Shown piece by piece: positions 18,867-26,396 of a stretch of 31,866 nucleotides of DNA; the stretch's first letter is position 1; each line of letters starts with the position of its first letter. Position numbers and translations under genes: made by a program. Origin of the DNA: Bdellovibrionota bacterium. Lineage in GTDB: Bacteria; Bdellovibrionota; UBA1018; UBA923. The notes under the pieces were generated by a model. It was not told the origin of the DNA, did no database searches, and saw only the letters and a program-made list of their open reading frames with translations. The DNA lies in NCBI GenBank assembly GCA_040754655.1, contig JBFMCE010000047.1, positions 1-31,866 of the forward strand, given 5' to 3'.

Positions 18867-19037
18867 GAGTTTTAGAGCGCGTGATGAAATTAAACCTCGC
18901 TGCGACTGGCTACAGATTTAAATGACGCGCGTTTTTCTAGAGGCCACAGAGACTACTTTAGAGGGCTCACTCTCTCATTGACCGCCGGCCCGACTCTTGC
19001 ACCCCCGCAAATGCGTTTCGAACCATAAGGGGGCTCT

Positions 19038-20774
19038 ATGGGTAGCTTTGTGCTCGGCTCAAAGATTCTTGGTGTTTTGATCATCGTATTCACCATGCAA
19101 ATTGCGCAAGCCGAAGATCGTCAACCGCGAGAGGCGTGCGTGAAACGGTCTCAAGCCGACTACGCGCCACATCGCAATATCTTTGACCATCTTCCCCGCA
19201 TCAGACCCGGCGCCAACAATTCTGAGATTACCCCCAAGCCCATTGCCAAGCCCGATAGCCCTGTGCGAGTCATTATTGGATTTCGCGAAGGGTTTTCTAC
19301 TTTTGCAGAAGACTCAAGTTTTCAAGGCAAAGTGATTCATGAGCTGCCTCTGATAAATTCAGTGGCGGCGGAATTGCCTCGAAGCGCGCTCGATCAACTT
19401 CTTAGAGATCCCAATATTCGACTTGTCGAAATTGATGCGGAAGTTCACGCTTTCCCCATTGAAACGATTATCGATTCGGATCGTAGCCCGTCCCAACCGC
19501 AAACCATCCCTGACGGAATCTCTCGAGTGAAGGCGCCCCAGGCGTGGCCCCGCACAAAGGGCAAGGGTAGCATCGTGGCCATCTTAGATACCGGTATTGA
19601 TCGCACTCATCCCGATTTAAAAGACCGCGTGATTGGCGGGAAGAATCTCAATGCCTCTGATCCAGATCCTGAGGCGTGGTACGACGGCGCTGGTCATGGC
19701 ACTCATGTCGCGGGCACGATCGCAGCCTCTCACAACGGAATAGGCGTGGTCGGAATTGCTCCGGAAGCATCATTGCTTGCGGTTAAGGTACTGAGCGACA
19801 AAGGCAAAGGCTCTTACAGCGACATCATCGCAGGAATCGAATACGCGCTTGAGGCAAAAGCCCATGTGGCGAATTTGAGTTTGAGCGGAACCGTCACTTC
19901 CAAGGCATTACAAGAAGCCATGGAGAAAGCCCATTCTAGCGGGATGTTTGTCGTGGCAGCTGCCGGAAACCGCGGGGAACAACCAGGCAATCCGCCTGTT
20001 TTTCCAGGCTCGTATCCTGAAGTGGTCGGCGTCGGTGCGATCGATCGCCAAGAGATTCGAGGAGGCTTCAGCTCGTACCACAAATACGTCGCTTTGAGCG
20101 CTCCAGGTGTTCAGGTGCAGTCAACGATTCCAGAGCAAGGTTACGCAAGGATGAGCGGCACAAGCATGGCGGCCCCACACGTCGCAGGAGCGGCTGCGCT
20201 TTTACAATCGCTTGAGCCATGGAAAGCGAGCGGCTTGAAAGACGCGAAACGAAAGATTGTCTGCGCAAGCTCTGATCTCTGGCCAGAGGGCCGTGATGTT
20301 TGGACGGGCCGAGGCCTTCTGAACATCGAGCGAGCGCTTTCTGAGGATCCCAAGAATTGCGATTATCTTGAAGAGGAAGAAAGCATGGCTTCTCTTCCTC
20401 AACCCACACGCAAGGCAGAGCCATCGCCAGAGACCGTCGCGGTTTACGTGAAACACACGGCGTTCAATCTGGTGAACGATGACGACGATCGAGCGCTGGT
20501 TGTGACCTTGAAGCTTGTGAATCAAAAGCAAGAACCACAGCGCGGCCTTGAAGTCGTGAGCGAGATCATGGAGCGCGAAGTGGGCCCGCTGGGTTATGCG
20601 CGCGCCAAGACGAACTCGCGTGGCGAAGCACGGTTCATATTGACGGGCTTCGACTGCGGCCGCTACATCACCCGAGTGCGATCCGTTTCACACAAGGATT
20701 TTTCGCCGAAGTACGGACAACCCGAAGCTGAGGTGGATGCGGGCGATTATCGTGACGAAGATTTTTTGCGGTGA
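19038..20774 (+). CDS. Exported subtilisin-like S8 serine peptidase with I9-like propeptide and C-terminal Ig-like domain
   Basis: Catalytic triad motifs ILDTGID, HGTHVAGT and GTSMAAPHV, oxyanion motif AAAGN, signal peptide (..IAQA|ED). Confidence 0.93.
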   Translation: MGSFVLGSKILGVLIIVFTMQIAQAEDRQPREACVKRSQADYAPHRNIFDHLPRIRPGANNSEITPKPIAKPDSPVRVIIGFREGFSTFAEDSSFQGKVIHELPLINSVAAELPRSALDQLLRDPNIRLVEIDAEVHAFPIETIIDSDRSPSQPQTIPDGISRVKAPQAWPRTKGKGSIVAILDTGIDRTHPDLKDRVIGGKNLNASDPDPEAWYDGAGHGTHVAGTIAASHNGIGVVGIAPEASLLAVKVLSDKGKGSYSDIIAGIEYALEAKAHVANLSLSGTVTSKALQEAMEKAHSSGMFVVAAAGNRGEQPGNPPVFPGSYPEVVGVGAIDRQEIRGGFSSYHKYVALSAPGVQVQSTIPEQGYARMSGTSMAAPHVAGAAALLQSLEPWKASGLKDAKRKIVCASSDLWPEGRDVWTGRGLLNIERALSEDPKNCDYLEEEESMASLPQPTRKAEPSPETVAVYVKHTAFNLVNDDDDRALVVTLKLVNQKQEPQRGLEVVSEIMEREVGPLGYARAKTNSRGEARFILTGFDCGRYITRVRSVSHKDFSPKYGQPEAEVDAGDYRDEDFLR

Positions 20775-20913
20775 ACTGGAGAAATTGTGCGTGCTTTATA
20801 GAGCCGCAACAGATTCAAAACAGGCCCTGCTGTCAGACATTACCTGATGACCTCGGGCAAAAAAGATCTTTTCATGAATATAATTTGAAATATTTGCCAT
20901 AGACGCGGGAAAC

Positions 20914-20929
20914 AGCAAAGGCCATGCCA
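20914..20929 (-). promoter_or_regulatory. Sigma-54 (-24/-12) promoter
   Basis: Minus strand TGGCATG-GCCT-TTGCT matches TGGCACG-N4-TTGCW with exact spacing. It is intergenic. Confidence 0.6.
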
Positions 20930-21067
20930 GCTTTGGCGAGTCCTATCTTCAGGGCATAGAATCAACCGTTGATCAGTTTTAGGCGCGTTGCAAACAACGA
21001 CGATATCGAAATCATGCTTCAGCTCATGCCTTTGTACTATGGGTATGATGATCCTGAATAGCCTGCT

Positions 21068-22198
21068 TTAAACCATTCCCTCTATTTTACAAAATTCTGG
21101 GAATGGCAAAATCTCAACCTGTTTCATTGGACTGGTATGCCGTGATCCTTGATGAACTTGGTAGAACTTTGGAATACTTGTGCGTTCCAAAAAATAAGGG
21201 ATATGAGGCGCTAGTGACTTTTCTCCTGTTTTACATTCAACAGCAAAAATCGGTTTACCTTCTTTCAGCACCACAAAATCTATTTCTCTTTTGTCGATAT
21301 CTCTGAGGAAACGAAGTTCCATCGAATATCCTTCATAATCTTCCTGATAATGACAGTACTTCAATAAATGACTAGCCACCAAGTTTTCAAAGCGAGCGCC
21401 GGGTGACTCAATGGAACTCCAATCCCATAAATATAATTTCTGTTCCTTCTTAACGGCCCGAATTTTTGATGTACCATAAGGCGATACGCGAAAAGAAAAG
21501 TAAAGATTTTCCAAAATCTCCAGCCAACGTTTAGCGGTTTTAAAATCAATTTCAAAGGTCTGAGAGAGATTTTTAATCGATAGAATAGATCCAACACGCC
21601 CTGGTAATGCCTCGGCTAATCTTTGAATCAATGTCAGTTCTTGTACGCGTTCAAGATCTCGCAAGTCTTCTCGAATCAAACGATCCAAGCGTTGCCTATT
21701 CCATCGACGCAATGTGCGCTCGCTTTGTTTCAAAAAGGGTTCAGGAAATCCGCCAAATTTCAACAAGACATTGAGTCCGTCTTTCGGAAAGCCCAACTCC
21801 GGCAGAGAAAAAGGATGTAATCGATAATAATGATACCGACCTAAAAGGGAATCACCCCCTTTGCGATAATGATCCAATCGAGCAGAGCCTGTGACTAGAA
21901 AAGAGTGTAAGTGTTTTTGCGTATCGAAAAAACCTTTCACTAGGTTTCTCCATTTTGCATACTTGTGAATTTCATCCAAGATGACCAATCGTTCTTGGGG
22001 TGACCAGTTTTTAGAAAGGATTCTTTCTCGAGAATCCACATCATCCCAATTCAGATAGGCGGCTTTTCCTGCTTTGATTAAAGATTGAGAAAAGGTGGTT
22101 TTGCCGACCTGCCTTGGCCCACCTAGAAATACCATTTTTTCGGTGAGATCCTGAAGAACGATTTCTTTAAGATATCTGCTTACGAGTAAAGTAGACAT
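21068..22198 (-). CDS. AAA_14 ATPase with DUF4143 and C-terminal PD-(D/E)xK nuclease-like domain
   Basis: Walker A GPRQVGKT, Walker B ILDEIHK, VTGS, GGFPE, HTH-like SIKNLSQTFEIDFKTAKRWLEILE, FENLV and EIDFV..AVECK. Visibly AT-richer than the flanking genes. Confidence 0.9.
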   Translation of the reverse strand: MSTLLVSRYLKEIVLQDLTEKMVFLGGPRQVGKTTFSQSLIKAGKAAYLNWDDVDSRERILSKNWSPQERLVILDEIHKYAKWRNLVKGFFDTQKHLHSFLVTGSARLDHYRKGGDSLLGRYHYYRLHPFSLPELGFPKDGLNVLLKFGGFPEPFLKQSERTLRRWNRQRLDRLIREDLRDLERVQELTLIQRLAEALPGRVGSILSIKNLSQTFEIDFKTAKRWLEILENLYFSFRVSPYGTSKIRAVKKEQKLYLWDWSSIESPGARFENLVASHLLKYCHYQEDYEGYSMELRFLRDIDKREIDFVVLKEGKPIFAVECKTGEKSLAPHIPYFLERTSIPKFYQVHQGSRHTSPMKQVEILPFPEFCKIEGMV

Positions 22199-22246
22199 AT
22201 ATCCACTTTACTCGCGAGTAAAGTGGAGTCAAGTCCATTTTACTCG
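22183..22246. repeat. Two abutting 32-bp inverted repeats (13-6-13), putative operator
   Basis: CGAGTAAAGTAGA-catata-TCCACTTTACTCG (22183-22214) and CGAGTAAAGTGGA-gtcaag-TCCATTTTACTCG (22215-22246). The junction forms a perfect 26-bp palindrome at 22202-22227. Confidence 0.9.
22205..22232 (-). promoter_or_regulatory. Sigma-70 promoter of the ATPase gene (leaderless geometry)
   Basis: TTGACT (22232-22227), 16 bp, TAAAGT (22210-22205), 6 nt, ATG 22198. No SD sequence. Confidence 0.6.
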
Positions 22247-22402
22247 CACCATTGATAAGGAAAACTTTCCCCACTCCCCTTGAGCTTCACGCCCTAAAAA
22301 TGATTTAGGCTAGCTATAGCCATCTTGGTTAGTGCTCAGCGGAGGTTCGAGTGATGTTACAGGTGGAAGGCGCAATACTGAACGAACCGTTTACCCTATA
22401 GT

Positions 22403-22432
22403 ACCCGTACAATAGAGAATTGAAGCCGTGGT
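22403..22432. repeat. 30-bp direct repeat of an internal DUF554 segment (22824-22853)
   Basis: ACCCGTACAATAGAGAATtGAAGCCGTgGT versus ACCCGTACAATAGAGAATcGAAGCCGTaGT, 28/30 identical, 421 bp apart. Confidence 0.9.
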
Positions 22433-22472
22433 GATTTCCGCCCCTCCAAACTCTCCCAAAAGAGCCCATCAA

Positions 22473-23156
22473 TTACTTCGCCATGAAAATGGCAACAATC
22501 ATGACCAGAACCATCGCTGGCAAGTAATCGCCGATCGGGATCTTCTTCAAGCCCGCGACCTTCAGGCCGATCATCGCGACCAAAACGCCGCCTACCCCTG
22601 AGATGTCGTTGAGCACATGAGGAGACGAAAGAACCTGAAGCTTTGACGACAAGACTGCAATCGCACCCTGATAAAAAAACACCGGGAACGCTGAAAACGC
22701 TACACCGATGCCATAAATCGACGCAAAAGTAATGCTGATGATGCCGTCGAGCAGCGCTTTGGTATAAAGAATCTCGTGATTGCCCATGATGCCAGACTGG
22801 ATCGAACCCACAACCGCCATCGCACCCGTACAATAGAGAATCGAAGCCGTAGTAAAGCCTGCACCAAACTTGCTTTCCCTCGCCTTTGAAAACTTCTGCT
22901 GCAGTTTCAACGCAAGCCTCTCGACGTTGAGTTCGAGCTTTAAAAGAGTGCCAATCACCCCGCCCAAACTCACGCAAGCGACGACCACGAGAACATTTTC
23001 AAACTGAAGAGCCATTTTCAGGCCTAAAACGAGGGTACAGATCCCAAGGGCTTCCTCAAGCCTGCGGCTTATGGCATCCGAAACAAGTTTCTTAAAGAAG
23101 AGCCCGAGTAATGTACCGATGATAATTGAACCTGCATTGACGAGCACGCCAGACAT
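22473..23156 (-). CDS. DUF554 family membrane protein (YqgA/YdfK-like)
   Basis: GVLVNAGSIIIG, GFTTASILYCTGAMAVVGSIQSG, LYTKALLDG, YQGAI and YLPA. GGAG RBS before ATG 23156. Confidence 0.9.
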   Translation of the reverse strand: MSGVLVNAGSIIIGTLLGLFFKKLVSDAISRRLEEALGICTLVLGLKMALQFENVLVVVACVSLGGVIGTLLKLELNVERLALKLQQKFSKARESKFGAGFTTASILYCTGAMAVVGSIQSGIMGNHEILYTKALLDGIISITFASIYGIGVAFSAFPVFFYQGAIAVLSSKLQVLSSPHVLNDISGVGGVLVAMIGLKVAGLKKIPIGDYLPAMVLVMIVAIFMAK

Positions 23157-23238
23157 TTTGAACTCCAAATAGAAAAACTAAATCACACGAGACATGGCGC
23201 AACATACATGGTCATGCGATTAGAGTCAAAAGCGGCCT

Positions 23239-23511
23239 CTAGAGCGCCTCTTTGATCTGGCCCGCTAGTTTTTGAACTTGGTCGTAGCGCTTCATCTCGA
23301 CCCATTCTGACGGGAAGTAATACTCGCGTTTCGCCGTTCGAACCACGACACCGCGGTTGCGGTGCAAGGTGCTCGTCTCGGGATCGTAGTCTTGCACGAG
23401 ATCAGGGCTTCGTTTGGTGCTGGTTGATGGGCTCACCATCACGCGAACCTCAGGGTAGCTTCGAAACTCATCTTCTAAAAAACTCAGCAGGTATTCTAGA
23501 GTTTGATCCAT
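23239..23511 (-). CDS. Hypothetical protein (90 aa)
   Basis: ATG ORF filling the intergenic space, with protein-like composition. No family recognised. Confidence 0.65.
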   Translation of the reverse strand: MDQTLEYLLSFLEDEFRSYPEVRVMVSPSTSTKRSPDLVQDYDPETSTLHRNRGVVVRTAKREYYFPSEWVEMKRYDQVQKLAGQIKEAL

Positions 23512-23601
23512 GGCACCTTTATAAACGAAGACTAGCGGTAATCACTAGCCGATTTATTCGTTTGCAATCAAGCTCTTCCACGGACCAGCAACAAAAGAGC
23601 A

Positions 23602-24033
23602 CTATGACTTCAGAGAAATTCTGGCAAGTTGTGGAAGGTTATCGAAGTCGGAATCCCGGTCAAACAGCACTAAATTATGCTGCAATGTCACTGCAGCAAT
23701 CCAAAGATCGTTGGTCGGGATGGGCCTGCCTTTCTTCCTCAAGTAAGCATAAAGATCAGCATAGAAAAAGGTAGTTTGCTCGTCTGGTTTAAGTACATAT
23801 ACGCCTTCATTATTGAGAAACTTCGTAAGCAGGCGTTCGTTCTTTTCACGAGAGCTTCCACATGCGAAACCAGCACGTTGCTCAGCTATGACAACAATAG
23901 GAACATAGATTTCCGCGACATTCTCGATAACCTCAACAACGCCTGGAACTCCCCTGCAGAAATCAGTGTAGCGATTTGAATCTAAGACGACTTTCATGAC
24001 GTATTGTCCTATTCCCTTAGAGAGCGGTCTCAT
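23602..24033 (-). CDS. vapC: VapC-family PIN-domain toxin
   Basis: VVLDSN, VIAE, GRPIPTNDLWIAA and RDSDF acidic PIN residues. ATG 24033 overlaps the antitoxin stop (TGATG). An alternative start is at 23997. Confidence 0.92.
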   Translation of the reverse strand: MRPLSKGIGQYVMKVVLDSNRYTDFCRGVPGVVEVIENVAEIYVPIVVIAEQRAGFACGSSREKNERLLTKFLNNEGVYVLKPDEQTTFFYADLYAYLRKKGRPIPTNDLWIAAVTLQHNLVLFDRDSDFDNLPQLARISLKS

Positions 24034-24290
24034 CACTTCCAGAGATCCGAGTCCACCTGCCGCTGAAGCCTGATTTCTTGTTCAATCCGGGCAGCCTCTT
24101 TATCAGACAACGAACCAATGATTTCGCTAAAATCACGCTTTGGCGCCAAATTCACCTCAGCGCCGGCTGCAAGCGCCTCTAAAGCGACTTGATTGAAACT
24201 TTTGCGTGTTTCACGAACCCTTTTTTTGAGAATCTGATCGACCTTTTCAGGAATATTTCGGATCGTATACTGTCGTGCATTCTTTTTCAT
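24033..24290 (-). CDS. FitA-like ribbon-helix-helix antitoxin
   Basis: QYTIRNIPEKVDQILKKRV....KSFNQVALEAL RHH pattern and an acidic C-terminus. It lies immediately upstream of the PIN toxin. Confidence 0.85.
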   Translation of the reverse strand: MKKNARQYTIRNIPEKVDQILKKRVRETRKSFNQVALEALAAGAEVNLAPKRDFSEIIGSLSDKEAARIEQEIRLQRQVDSDLWK

Positions 24291-24326
24291 GTATACAGTA
24301 TATCATATAAATGCATACAAAGGCAA
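24290..24326 (-). promoter_or_regulatory. TA promoter with overlapping inverted-repeat operator
   Basis: TTGCCT (24326-24321), 18 bp, TGa-TATACT (24302-24297), 6 nt, ATG. Boxes TGTATACA (24290-24297) and TGCATACA (24312-24319). Confidence 0.7.
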
Positions 24327-24457
24327 GAACTTTAAACCCAATGGTGAATGCTTTTGCTTTTCAACCTTATTTGCCGGGCTCATGAAAATCACGGATTTTG
24401 AATAAAAATTAGAGAAATTCCTTGCCCTGACCACTAAATATAGTCTATTTACGATCT

Positions 24458-25528
24458 ATGCTGGGGAGTAAGGCAATATCAATCTTGGTTTCACTTTTTA
24501 TAAGCTCATCAGCGATGTCTGAGCCAGTTTGTGAAACTCAGCTTCTTGTCGAGTCAGGGCGATCTGTCCAAGTGATTGAAAAATCAAGCTTCGAACTTGC
24601 TCCTGGCCATTTTGTCGGCAAAGTATTGACTCGAATGCCTATTGAAACCCTTTCTGATAATAGACCCTCATTCAAAGTCATAAACCCAGAAGGCGGGCTC
24701 ATGGAATGGCCCGGCGGCAGCAATTCGATGAACTACACAAGGCTAAGAGCGGTCTTTGAGCGCTCTCCAGGATTCGCACAGACTTATCATTTCTTCGCCA
24801 TACGAACAGCCAATGGCGTCTTTCATGAGAAGTACCTTGATCTTGAAGCCATCAATGCCTTGATTGACGAGCTTCGAAAAAGGGGCGATCCGTTTGCGCC
24901 AGCGACAATGTTTGAACAAGTCGACAAGGGCCTCGAGGCCGTAGAATATCTTGCATTGCGCTCTAGGAAGCGGGCTCCCTACGCAAGCAAGGGATTTCAA
25001 CATCAACACGACTATAGCGGTATTCATGGAGTCACAGAGATTTTAGTGCCATCGCAACTCGTTGATTATATCGCACATGCTGCCTCAGCTCTTTTGATGC
25101 TGCACACGGACGCCACTCTTTCCAAACACCCAGAGAATAGGGCGGTAATCGGCTACGCATTAAACTCTGTCGCTGACACAATCGATGTTGAAACCGGTGA
25201 ATTAGGGGTTCGAATCCTGGGACAACTATACGAGAATGGCAAAAAACTGGCCAACCTTCCCATCGATGACAACAGGGTAAGGTTTGCGATTACAAACCAG
25301 TTGCATGGTCTCGTAACTCATATTGAAAGATATCTTCAAGGTTGCCTCGACCATGCTCAAATGAAGCGTCAGCACGGTCTTGCATCGACAGAAGAGCTCT
25401 CTATCTGGGCTAAATTTGAGAGCACGGTGAATGGCTACCCAAAACCTCAAGACTTCGATGCGCTAGCTAAACAAGTTATCGCGCACGTAAACCGTTCGCG
25501 CCCTGCATGGATGCCGGCCATTCCGTAA
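24458..25528 (+). CDS. Hypothetical exported protein (356 aa)
   Basis: Signal-peptide-like N-terminus (..ISSSAMS|EPVC) and a His/Asp cluster HQHDYSGIHG. No family recognised. Confidence 0.75.
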   Translation: MLGSKAISILVSLFISSSAMSEPVCETQLLVESGRSVQVIEKSSFELAPGHFVGKVLTRMPIETLSDNRPSFKVINPEGGLMEWPGGSNSMNYTRLRAVFERSPGFAQTYHFFAIRTANGVFHEKYLDLEAINALIDELRKRGDPFAPATMFEQVDKGLEAVEYLALRSRKRAPYASKGFQHQHDYSGIHGVTEILVPSQLVDYIAHAASALLMLHTDATLSKHPENRAVIGYALNSVADTIDVETGELGVRILGQLYENGKKLANLPIDDNRVRFAITNQLHGLVTHIERYLQGCLDHAQMKRQHGLASTEELSIWAKFESTVNGYPKPQDFDALAKQVIAHVNRSRPAWMPAIP

Positions 25529-25613
25529 CTCAGACTTTCCAGCAACATCTCCTGCTCCTGCGGAATTTTCAAATCAAAATCAACCCAGCACGCAATTCTC
25601 CGATAAGAAAAGG

Positions 25614-26390
25614 ATGGGATCTGCGCACTTTTTAAGATGTTTTGAGAGATTGCGAAACCGGCCACTGGTCTTGTGGGCTGCAAATTTTGCCTTGTTTTGC
25701 TTGATCGCCGCCAATGCCGCACACGCCACAAATTTTAAATGCAAAAAACCCGGATTTCTTGCTCGACTCATAGATCGAATCATAGGGTACGAGGAAATGC
25801 ATCCCGGCGTGGCTATTGACACTGATATACGACCCTCTGAAGACACGTCTACCGTACACACCACTCGGTCGTATGCTGGCAAGAAACGATCTGTGAGATA
25901 TCTTCAAACCGATGGTCGCGATATTGAAGATTTTATAAAGCACCATTCTTACCCCCAAGATAAACTCAATGTTGAAGATTTAAAGAACAAACGCGTACTC
26001 GATGCCGGCACAGGATTTGGCACTTTGGTCGAAGATTTGAGAAGAAATGGCATCGAAGCTGATGGACTCGATATCTCTTTGCCAGCCTCTTTAAAGGGAA
26101 AACCGCATTATATTGAAGCAGACATGATCGATACCGGAATTGATCCGGCGATCTATGACGTCATTTACGCAAACTTCACCCTTTTTATGTATGAAGGAGA
26201 TAACCTGACCTTGCAACTTGCTGCCCTTAGAGAACTCTCGCGAATTTTAAAGAATGGAGGAGTTATTCGAATATATCCGGCATTCCCGTCGATCGCGATA
26301 GTGCTTAAACGCATACCAGAATTAAAAATAGTCGAACCGCTAATAGTCCTTCAAGAGGGGCTCTTCATCGAGCTTAAGAAAACAGATTGA
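25614..26390 (+). CDS. Class I SAM-dependent methyltransferase with N-terminal signal-peptide-like region
   Basis: VLDAGTGFG, GLDIS, IEADM, YDVIYA and RILKNGG. The N-terminus reads RNRPLVLWAANFALFCLIAANAAHA|T. The start could be TTG 25650. Confidence 0.85.
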   Translation: MGSAHFLRCFERLRNRPLVLWAANFALFCLIAANAAHATNFKCKKPGFLARLIDRIIGYEEMHPGVAIDTDIRPSEDTSTVHTTRSYAGKKRSVRYLQTDGRDIEDFIKHHSYPQDKLNVEDLKNKRVLDAGTGFGTLVEDLRRNGIEADGLDISLPASLKGKPHYIEADMIDTGIDPAIYDVIYANFTLFMYEGDNLTLQLAALRELSRILKNGGVIRIYPAFPSIAIVLKRIPELKIVEPLIVLQEGLFIELKKTD

Positions 26391-26396
26391 GAATCT

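Noticed and set aside
22403..22853. DGR template/variable repeat pair
   Set aside because: Only 30 bp, mismatches are not adenine-specific on one strand, and there is no reverse transcriptase in the window.
22396..22977. 193-aa alternative-frame ORF over DUF554
   Set aside because: Shadow frame on the same strand as a well-supported gene, with non-protein-like composition.
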